This document shows positions 1 through 9,029 of a stretch of 30,172 bases of DNA, in pieces. The position numbers and the translations under genes were made by a program. The stretch is from NCBI GenBank assembly GCA_002269645.1, contig NIVC01004956.1, positions 1 through 30,172 on the forward strand, in the 5' to 3' direction. The notes beneath the pieces were generated by a model, which was not told where the DNA came from, searched no databases, and saw only the letters and a list, made by a program, of their open reading frames with translations. The stretch is from Macrostomum lignano. Its lineage: Eukaryota. Position 1 is the stretch's first letter. Every line of letters begins with the position of its first letter.

Positions 1-797
1 CAATCTATCGGACTCTCACCCAAACTATCAGACTCTCACCCAATCTATCAGACTCTCATCCAATCTATCGGACTCTCAACCAATCTATCGGACTCTCACG
101 TAAACTATCAGACTCTCACCAAATCTATCAGAATCTCACCCAATCTATCTGACTCTCATCCAATCTACCAGACTCTCATCCAATCTATCTGACTCTGACC
201 CAATCTATCAGACACTCACACCCAAACTATCGGACTCTAACCCAATCTATCGGACTCTCAACCAAACTATCAGACTCTCACCCAATCTATCAGACTCTCA
301 CCCAATCTATCAGACTCTCACCCAATCTATCTGACTCTCACCCAATCTACCAGACTCTCATCCAATCTGTCTGACTCTCACCCAATCTATCAGACTCTCA
401 CCCAAACTATCGGACTCTCACCCAATCTATCGGACTCTCACCCAATCTATCAGACACTCACCTAATCTATCTGACTCTCACCCAATCTACCAGACTCTCA
501 TCCAATCTGTCTGACTCTCACCCAATCTATCAGACTCTCACCCAAACTATCGGACTCTCACCCAATCTATCGGACTCTCACCCAATCTATCAGACACTCA
601 CACCCAATCTATCGACTCTCACCCAATCTATCGGACTCTCACCCAATCTATCAGACTCTCACCCAATCTATCTGACTCTCACCCAATCTACCAGACTCTC
701 ATCCAATCTGTCTGACTCTCACCCAATCTATCAGACTCTCACCCAAACTATCGGACTCTCACCCAATCTATCGACTCACACCCAATCTATCAGACTT
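1..797. repeat. 20-bp minisatellite (CCCAATCTATCAGACTCTCA) with 140-bp higher-order repeat; runs off the window start
   Basis: About 39 near-identical tandem units. A 7-monomer block at 321-460 recurs at 461-600 (one mismatch) and partly at 662-797. Confidence 0.97.
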
Positions 798-1151
798 TGT
801 ATTAAGCATGAAAATCAGATTCTAGTGTGCGACCATTTCGAGTTTGAAATGACTCAAACAAAAAATAATGCAATAACAAACTAAAATTAATTACAAGACA
901 GTACTCAAGATTACAAAGTAAGACACAAGTACTTGCTTTATCGCTGGATAGCCACATAGTTTCATTAGCGTTTTAAAGCCTAAAGGGGCAAACTAGATTA
1001 CTAGTAGTAGTATTTTTTATCAGACGTTAGCGGGCGCTGAGACGCAGGAAAACCTTCTAGTTGGGCTGAATAAGTAAATTGGGATAAACTAAAGCATAGC
1101 ATAGAACAATATTGATGCTTCAGACAAGAGTTCCGCCGGGCTCCGTCCCGG

Positions 1152-1556
1152 TCACTCAGCAGCCACCGGGTTGTACTGATAGTGCAGATTGGCCGTGTCG
1201 TAATTGCCGATGAATTTCCAGCCGTCGGGCTTCACCAGGTACAGGTTGTTGCTGTTGCCGCTGCCGATGTCGCGGTAGGTGGCATGGTAGATGGCCCGCC
1301 TGCCCAGCTCCAGGGCCTCATCATCAGTCATGTCCCAGCGGTAGCAGGTGTCCAACACTCCGTAGGCGTAGGTGGAGCCGGAGCCCACGGCGAACAGGTT
1401 GCCGGAGTGCCTGGTGCCGTCATCGTCAACATAGTAGAGGCCTGGGCCTTTCTTGTCCCAGCCGACAATCATGGTGCCGATGCTGAGGCCGTAGCCTTTG
1501 TAGTTGTACAGAATATTCGCCAGCAGCTTGGAGGCGGCGGCAACGCTGATGCGCTC
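1152..1556 (-). CDS. PSMB5: Proteasome subunit beta type-5, exon 3 (terminal)
   Basis: Acceptor gcag|GAG at 1557/1556. Translates [44 protein letters not shown]...GSGSTYAYG...[11 protein letters not shown]...; stop TGA at 1154-1152. Matches the beta5 family consensus. Confidence 0.96.
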   Translation of the reverse strand, partial: ERISVAAASKLLANILYNYKGYGLSIGTMIVGWDKKGPGLYYVDDDGTRHSGNLFAVGSGSTYAYGVLDTCYRWDMTDDEALELGRRAIYHATYRDIGSGNSNNLYLVKPDGWKFIGNYDTANLHYQYNPVAAE

Positions 1557-1639
1557 CTGCGTGCGTGGGACAGGTGCAAAATATGCTCGATGAAGACGGT
1601 ACTTTGGAAAGAATCATCCCTGAGGCGCTACAGGTGACA

Positions 1640-2080
1640 TACGTAAAATTGGAAAGAAGCTTGAGATGACTTTAAAACCACGAGATGTCACGGTAAAAGT
1701 CGCCAAAAATCGTCAAAGAGTCGCCTAAGAGTCACTTTGTGAGGCGTTTTATTGCCTGCGACCTTGGAACGACTCAGGGGCCGTAGAGTCGTATCTGAGG
1801 CGAGCTGGAGTCGCTGTAGAATCACTGAGTTGCGTCACTTTACAAATTCGAACCGCATTTCGCATTTATAAAAACTCTGTTTAGTCTACTTGAGTTAGTA
1901 GAAAGTTCAGCGCAAACACAACAGCTATTGGACGACTTTATTCGCGACTCTTTTACGACGCTGCCTCTTTGTCGCATTATAGTCGTTTGAGTCGTTAAAA
2001 AGTCATGAAACTCGCTAGATTCACTAATGAGTTGTTTACGATGACTCTATTAAACGATTGAGGAAAATTTCGGTTATTTA
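1640..2080. mobile_element. Putative non-autonomous element remnant in PSMB5 intron 2, rich in dispersed GAGTCG/CGACTC motifs
   Basis: More than 15 copies of a (GA)GTCG(C/T) motif in both orientations within ~450 nt, unlike the flanks. No clear TIR or TSD found. Confidence 0.3.
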
Positions 2081-2161
2081 AATTTAACTATCAACCCCTA
2101 CTAGTGCCTGCAACTTACAGATCTAGCACAGGTGAAAGATTTGGGTGCCCAAGCTGCTCAC

Positions 2162-2440
2162 CTTATTCCGCAGCTCATACAGCCAGCACTCCTGGCTGAG
2201 TACTCGCTGCCAGAACTGGCAGTCCGCAGCGCCGCCAGCCATTGTGCCCAGCAAGAACGGGTTGATCTCGATCACTTTCTTCACAGTGCCTGAGGCGATG
2301 TAGGCACCAGCTGAGGCGCGACTGTCAACAGACACCACAATGCCATTGGAGTATTTGAAGGCCAGACAGGTGGTGCCGTGGTTGAAGTTGATGCGCAAGT
2401 TGCCACTCTGCAGTCCGTGCTTGACTGGCTGGAGGCAGCT
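2162..2440 (-). CDS. PSMB5: Proteasome subunit beta type-5, exon 2 (end of propeptide, catalytic Thr1)
   Basis: Acceptor ttaccaacag| at 2441; donor AAG|gtgagc at 2161, phase 0, in frame with exon 3. Contains HG^TTCLAF, D17 (VDSR), K33 (VKKVIEINP) and [10 protein letters not shown]. Confidence 0.95.
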
Positions 2441-3029
2441 CTGTTGGTAATTGATAGCAAATAAATTCATCGATTTTAAATCAACAAAACTATTATAAGT
2501 ACTGAGTTTCTTTTGGTATTGAACAGTACCATATGTCAGTTGGTACAGTGTCAAGAAATATGTTAACCAGTGCAATATCTTTGGTTTTTCAATTCACTTA
2601 GCAGATCAATAGAACTTTATTATGGGTAGTCCTGCATTCAGTCATTAACAAATTAATTATATAGTTTGGGCTTATTTATCAAAAAATGAATTAGATTTAG
2701 GGTTATTAATGAATAAATTAATTCTAAACTTGGGCTTGGGCAAATTAGTTATGGTCATAGACTTGGTTCATAGATTTTTACTTGCATTTATGCAACAATT
2801 TATTGTGAAAGTTAATGAAGATTATATTTAGGCTCTAATCAATTTTTTTAATGCATTTTATTTTTTTTAGGTATATAGATGACTTAGATGCAAGTTGTTT
2901 GTCTAATTTCTCAGTAATATGCTAAAAAAGTAATCAACCACTTATTAAAAAGCTCAGAGCATTTAGACTAAAAACCCTATACTAATTAGATACTCTAAGA
3001 ATAAAAAACCAACAATTAACATTTGTAAG

Positions 3030-3065
3030 TCGACGTGTTTCGCACTCCATTGTGCATCTTCAGGT
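3030..3065 (-). ncRNA. Degenerate minimal type I hammerhead ribozyme motif at the PLE 3' end
   Basis: Minus strand reads C-CUGAAGA-U-GCAC-aaugga-GUGC-GAAAC-AC-GUC-G: core boxes, 4-bp stem II and a GUC site (cleavage would follow position 3032). Stem I is only ~1 bp and the stem III palindrome is broken. Confidence 0.6.
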
Positions 3066-3939
3066 TTATTCTATTAGACTGAAAAAAACTGAGGCTAACG
3101 ATGATAAATATTTGTGTGATGCAGAAAAATTGATGAGTAATTAATTATTCTATACAATAAATTTGTCTAAACATCAATAGGCAGGTCAGGGGAAGAATTT
3201 TTGGCAGAACAGTGCAGTCCATAGTTGGCATTCTCTCTCAAAACTTAAAAAAACACAGAGAACATGGCCCACGCCACCATGTTGGAGCTGAGTGTTGAGG
3301 TTGGGGGACAAAGCTTTTGTGTGCATGGCCTCAAGAATCTTAAGTTAATAATCAGATGTACATTGGTCAATAATTATAAAGCATTCATTAGGAATGCTAT
3401 TGGAGCAGCTATTGCATTCTAAGAGGTAGGCTTGAATGGCCAATGGTTTGAGCCAGTGCTCTCTGGTTCTGGTATGCAAGTGTCTTTTTGTTTTCCCCAC
3501 ATAGGAGACACTCTGGTTACCAAAGCAGTTGAAACAGTAGACAACACCTGCATGCAGAGCACATGGCATATGTGACTTCAAATGGCCAACAAAATCACTA
3601 ATTTTGGATGAACAAAAGATGATACAGATTTTAATTTTCTATTCAGCATGTTGTTTAAAATGTTGCTGATTTTGCTTTTAAAGATAAGAGATGGATAACC
3701 AAAGAAAGGAAAAAGTTCGGTTCATTGGGGTTGATGTTTTCAGCTTTAGTGGTTTGTTGTGGGTTGACTTTTTTGGTAATGAATTTATTGATGTTGTAAT
3801 GGATGAAGACAAGTGGGTAGCTATTTTGTTTGAGGTTTTGGTTAAGGTTTTGACTTCTTAGTTGAAGTTGATCCAGGTGTTGCAGACAGTAAAAGCTCTG
3901 TGAAGCAAACATCTGATCCAACCGGATTTCCACTGTCTA

Positions 3940-4557
3940 CCCTATAGGAAAAGTTGTAAAACTGCCGACAGCGTCCAGCACACTTTTGAAACTTTTCTAA
4001 AGTGCAGTGCACACACAGGCGTGCAGCGCCTGCGCGCGCGGTGCCCCTCCCCGCTGGCTGCTGCTCAAGCAAATAAATATACATGGAAGGGGGCCTAATA
4101 CCTCTGTAGAAGGAGCCTATACACTTGCCATTTATAATACCTAGCGATGCTCCAAAATTTCAATTTCAATTTTCCAAAATTTGAAATTTTTAAGAGCAAA
4201 TTTCTATTTTGAAAAAAAATCGGAAGTCAAAATTTTGAAAGTGTCTAAGTGGCTAAAAATAAACAGCGAGTAATTTCTGCTACATATACATGTATTTTGT
4301 TTTGCATAAGCAGTAAATCAAAACATAAAAAGTAAGTGTTAGTCATATTAAACTTTGTTTTTCTGAATTTTGATTTTGGAAAATTTCAAGTTCAATTTCA
4401 ATTTCGGAAAGTTATCAAATTTTGATTTCGACAAATTGAAATGGACAATTTTGTCAATTGCAATGGAACATCTCTAATAATGCTAAAGCGCAGTAAAATA
4501 ATTTGACTCTACTCTAAAGCGCGCGTCCGCGGGTTTTAAACTTTTATTCCAATAGGG
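3940..4557. mobile_element. Non-autonomous DNA transposon with CCCTAT...ATAGGG termini and perfect 8-bp TSD; superfamily unassigned
   Basis: TSD ACTGTCTA at 3932-3939 and 4558-4565. TIRs are CCCTATAGGAAAAGTT and AAACTTTTATTCCAATAGGG. Removing the element restores the PLE frame (CPRQWKSGW). Confidence 0.85.
4142..4476. mobile_element. hAT-type MITE nested in the 3940-4557 element
   Basis: TIRs TAGCGATGCTCCA / TGGAACATCTCTA; 8-bp flanks ATAATACC / ATAATGCT (6/8); AT-rich, self-complementary interior. Confidence 0.7.
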
Positions 4558-6041
4558 ACTGTCTAGGGCACAATGCTTGATAGTTGAGAATGAGATTGGT
4601 AGTAGAGAGATTACCATTGTTGAAATCAATTTCGATGTCAAGGAATAGAAGTTTTTGGTCAGGAGTGGTCTCAATGGGAAATTTGATGTTTTCATGTCTG
4701 GAGTTAAGAGTATCAAAGAAACAGTCTAGTTTGTTTTTGCAATCAAGGATGGCAAAAGTGTTATTGACATTATGTCTATAGAATTTTGGGGCAGTTGAGG
4801 GATCACCAGGGGTTGGTTTCCAAATGGGTCATGTAAACATTAGCAAGAGTAGGGGCAAATGGACTTCAAACTCAAATTTGTAACTTGTAATTTGTAAATT
4901 GTAGTCCAATGGAATTAGAAACCATAAATAAAATGAAAAAGACAAAAGCAAATTAACTTTTACTTTTTTAGAGATGGAAATCTTTAAATAAATAAATAGT
5001 AAGTGGTGTATAATGTTTCTTGTTTTTTATTTTGTTTTAACATTTCTTTCAAAAAACTTAATTTTTAATAGTTCTTACCTGTTCAACAGATAAATATTGT
5101 CCATGCCAAACATCTATGCCAGACACCAATACGCCGGCACAGTGGTGCACAATTGGCGTAGCTGTTGTTACGCACGACATTATACACCAAGCACATTTTC
5201 AGGTCTGTTGTACATCAGAATTTTTTGGCATATATGTAAGATTCGAGAGTAGGGGCTCGCAATAATTGTTTTTGAACATGAGAATTCCTAAGGTTGCTAA
5301 TTCAAAGAGTTTTTTAGGGAGGCCTTAGGTATGGATTTGATCACTGGGTTTCCTTTGTACATGAGGTCAGTGGCTAAGTCAATAGCAAGTTTGAAGGAAA
5401 TTTTGGTAAAGAGAGAAGTAGCATAAAAGCTGCAAAGAATGTCCAAATTCTTAATGTCAGAGCAGGAATTCAAGATCATTAAAAAAGTCTTAGTCTATAG
5501 AGACAGGCCTAGCCACAAAATGTTTTTGAACTTTGAGTGTTACTTTTATTGTGCAAAACATAAAACTAAAAAGCATGATTTTAATACTAAATTACTGGCT
5601 TCCTCAAAAAATATTTATTTTAAAAAATTTGAACTAAAACTTTAGTGATTTTGTGTCATATTTTTGTTTGGGCATACACCTAGCATAATCTAGACCAGGG
5701 GTTGGCAACCTCCAACTTACAGGCCAGATCCAGCCCGCAGACTTTCTATGCGGCTTGCAAACTTCCTTAATCTTAATTAGTACAATCCAGCCTGCACCTT
5801 TATTGTAACTTCATTGTTTCTCCCACAGAAGTTTTGTGTACTAAAATGGGGAATTTCTTTCCTCAATTGCTAACTTGAGAGATGAGACACAAACTGATCA
5901 TGTAAGTGGCTGTTTACAAACTCTGGAAGACAGATAGCACATCAGTTCAAACTTTGGAATAGAATATAAATAGAGGAACTGGTGGCAAAAGAAAGTGAGG
6001 TGGTAGCAGGCCAACAATGGAAGTACAAATGTAGTAATTTA

Positions 6042-6263
6042 GTAAAGACCCAGGGGCATATTCTGGAGGGTAAAGACCTAGGGGGCAGATTCTAGAGGGT
6101 AAAAATCAGGGGGCAGATTCTGGAGGGTAAAGACCCAGGAGGCAAATTCTGGAGGGTAAAGACCTAGTGGGGAGATACTGAAGGGTAAAGACCCAGGGGG
6201 TTGATTTTGGAGGGTGAAAAAACCAGGGGGCAGATTCTAGAGAGTAAAGAAAGACCCAAGGGG
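6042..6263. repeat. 29-30 bp G-rich minisatellite (GGAGGGTAAAGACCCAGGGGGCAGATTCT), ~7 copies, inside the Charlie MITE
   Basis: Degenerate tandem units visible directly. Confidence 0.85.
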
Positions 6264-6347
6264 TGAAGTAATTGGGGTGACCTATGGCCAGTGGTCTTGA
6301 ACTGAAAACCTTATCTGGCCTTCAAGTGAAAAAAGATTGCCGACCCC

Positions 6348-7080
6348 ACGAGTATAACTTTGGCCGTCAACTTTTCCATTAAATTTTCTGTTAACTATTC
6401 TGTCAACTTTTCGTGTTAGTAGGATAAATAACTTTATCTGTCAACTATTCCGTTAACTATTCCGTCAAGTATTCCGATAGTTTTTTCGTTAACTCTTCCG
6501 TCAACATTTCCGTTTACTATTTCGTTAACTTTTCCGCGAAATATCTCATCACTTTTCCGTTAAATATTTCATCAACATTTATGCAAGTCCGTAAAATATA
6601 TTCTATCAATTTTTTTGCGTACTCTGAATGGAAAGTGTTAATTTTTTGCATAAGTGCAGTTTCCTTAGCAATATTTTATACATGCTTTAAATTTGTTGAG
6701 AGTATACACATGTACATGTATAAACTCTAAATAAAAAACACATGCAAAAATTTCCAGCGCGACATGTTCCAGAATTTAATTGGTATTGCTATACTACCTG
6801 CACTTGTTCATTGATTTATCTTTGTAAAATGAAGCACTGGTACTAGGGAAAATGGAAAAAATGTACATTGTTACTAACGCAGGCTTGTTTTTTCATTGAT
6901 ATATATAAGCATGCAAACACAATAAATGATCAAAGAGCTACTCACATGATGATCCTATTTGAGAAAGTCACATATGTTTTTCAGAACAATAAATTGTTGA
7001 CGGAAAAGTTGACGGAAAAGTTGACGGAAAAGTTAATGGAAAAGTTAATGGAAAAGTTGACAGCCAAAGTTATACTTGTA
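6348..7080. mobile_element. MITE with long TIRs and 12-bp subterminal tandem repeats
   Basis: Ends ACGAGTATAACTTTGGCCGTCAAC / GTTGACAGCCAAAGTTATACTTGTA. Repeats of AACTTTTCCGTY on the left and RACGGAAAAGTT on the right. Target duplication CCGACCC(C) at 6340-6347 and 7081-7088. Confidence 0.85.
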
Positions 7081-7465
7081 CCGACCCCTGATTCAGACTA
7101 TGGGAAATACTATACTCTATAATCTAGATTATGTTAAGTGCATGAGTCAATAAAAATTGAATAATTATAAATGTATGCCAAGTTTTTAAATACATTGCTT
7201 ACACTTTCAACTTTTGCCAAATTATGCCAATGTTGCAACCATAAATGACCTTTTTGGGTTGCATAAAGGACCTTTTCGGCTAATAATTTGGTTGATTTTT
7301 TTGCTTTTGTGCTTATATTATTTATAGCAGAAAATTGCTACAAACAAAGATTTTTTTCAAATGCCTTATTATTTAGCTTAAGCTTATAAGCTTATTAGCT
7401 TAAAAAAACTAGAAAGCTTATAATTAAGGCTTAAAAGAAACTTTTTTCTAATATAAACTTTTCAG

Positions 7466-8190
7466 TCTAATATATCTAAAGTAGCAACCCCCCTCCACCG
7501 GCCCTGTCTGTCTGTGGGTATGTAACAGGTTATCTCCCAAAAGGCTCAACCGATTTTCTCCGTTTCTTCGCCAAAAGATGTCAAATGTGCCCGGGACGGT
7601 ACATGTAATTTTATTAAGCTCTAGCTCAATGCTAAGGGGATTAAATATTCGAAAAACTGTTTTAAATGGCCTTTTTAGTGTATTTTTTATCAGCCTGCGC
7701 GCAGCGAGAAACTTCACAGCCAATTTTAATGATTGCGCCAGAGCCAACTGATAAGAAAATTCACTTTGCCCCACTGTCCAGATAATTACTCTATTTAACT
7801 TGCGTAACCAATTAAGGGGGGGTATAATAAAAATTCTGGATGCTTCCAATATACTAAAAATCAAAACTATGTACCTATAGGAACCTTCGTGTAACTTGGC
7901 TCTACATGGTCGGAATTTCGCGGGGTTTTCTGCATTCGATGCGTATTGATGGCGCGCTGGTACACGAAATTTTGCTAAGAAATTGCTTCATTTTTTCGGG
8001 CTTAAATATTCGAAAAACTCGATTTTTGCCCCGCATTTTTAAGTTCAAACAGTTCTTTCCAATTGAGAAGCATTCTGACTGCCGATGGAATTGTATTGCA
8101 TCATAACTCAGTGCCAACTATAGCATTGGTTCTCTACACTGGCGTAGAGAGCTATAAGCATTGAAAGGTTGCGCAACACCTTTTAGTTAT
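7466..8190 (+). mobile_element. Possible non-autonomous Helitron-like element
   Basis: 5' TCTAATATAT...TGTCTGTCTGT...GGCTCAACCGATTTT resembles the 5' blocks of invertebrate Helitron derivatives. Short hairpins near 8130-8190, but no clean CTRR end; the 3' boundary is a guess. Confidence 0.4.
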
Positions 8191-8752
8191 TGAATTGAGG
8201 GGCGGGTATTGCCATTCAATGAGTCCCGGGCATTGGCTTGGTTGTGAATTTCAATGCATCAACTGCAGGCCTCTCACTGTAGCTGGCGCTGAATGTACAC
8301 CTTTAAGAATTTGACTGCTTTAAAGCAGGAATATCAAACCGTTGTTTTTGCTTCGAGTTTTTCACTTTCAGAAGAGAGCCTTGTATTGCTGGAAAGAGCT
8401 AGAAACGCTGAGTTCGAGAATATAATCTGTTTGCTGAGATTTGAAAAATTAAAAGCACAGCATAAAAAAGAAATTTCTATACTTTTTACTCTATATTCTC
8501 ATTGTATGCTCTCTCATATCGCAAACCCCTATTTATCGGAACTCCACTATTCAAGCCAGCGCCATTAGATCTAAATTTAGATTGCGTAACCATATTGTTG
8601 ACTTTAATTGTTGACTTTATTAATTGAAACTGATATTGACTGCCTGAGAAATTGATTACGTCGTAACTGCTTCGAGTGATTTCTACTCTATGCTGGGAGT
8701 TTTCAAAGTGTTGAAATATATAAGTGCTACAATTCATGTTATCAAAACGATG

Positions 8753-8815
8753 AGAGCTAGCCTAGAGGTAAACAGACTGAACTGCTAATGCAGCGACGTG
8801 GGTTCGAATTTTTAG
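8753..8815 (+). mobile_element. tRNA-derived SINE head / pseudo-tRNA (Ser-GCT-like anticodon arm)
   Basis: A box TAGCCTAGAGG (8758), arm CTGAA-CTGCTAA-TGCAG (loop 8782-8788), B box GGTTCGAATT (8801), then a T-run. No acceptor stem, so not a functional tRNA. Confidence 0.55.
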
Positions 8816-9029
8816 AGTGTTGAAGTTTTTTATTAAAAAAATTAATTTCAAGAAAGCTAAAGGAATCTTAAAAATGTCAAGTAAATCAGGTAAAAGAGAA
8901 GAAGCTACGAGCGTTCATGTAGTATAATCAAAAATTTTATTCAACTTTAAATTTTGAAAAGTTTTAAAAAGGACTATTCAATAGATAAGAAATTAATTAT
9001 TGTAATAGCTGACGAAATTGTTTCACAAT

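Larger units (their letters stand above)
3020..5520 (-). mobile_element. Decayed, 5'-truncated Penelope-like retroelement (RT + GIY-YIG), interrupted by insertions
   Basis: Minus-strand pieces lie in the expected order: CSFYATSLFTKI (motif A, D>Y, ~5420); SPFAPTLANVYMTHLE (~4865); FYRHNVNNTF (decayed RYVDDT); LNSRHENIKF...FLDI; RQWKSGWIRCLLHRAF; LKQNSYP; GVVYCFNC...YVGKTKRHLHTRTREH (GIY-YIG). Has stops and frameshifts. Confidence 0.9.
5696..7090. mobile_element. hAT-Charlie-like MITE whose right TIR is interrupted by a second element
   Basis: Left end CAGGGGTTGGCAACC followed by GGCCAGATCCAGCCCGC; right end ...GATTGCCGACCCC[insert]CCGACCCCTG. Flanks ATCTAGAC / ATTCAGAC resemble the Charlie NTCTAGAN target. 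Confidence 0.8.

Noticed and set aside
1-797. CRISPR-like appearance of the regular arrays (also 17004-17746)
   Set aside because: Units abut directly with no unique spacers, there are no cas genes, and the context is eukaryotic.
8545-8565. Minus-strand ATG GCG CTG GCT (MALA) as the PSMB5 start
   Set aside because: It is followed immediately by TGA. The 13239 exon has MALETVCG and a phase-0 donor.
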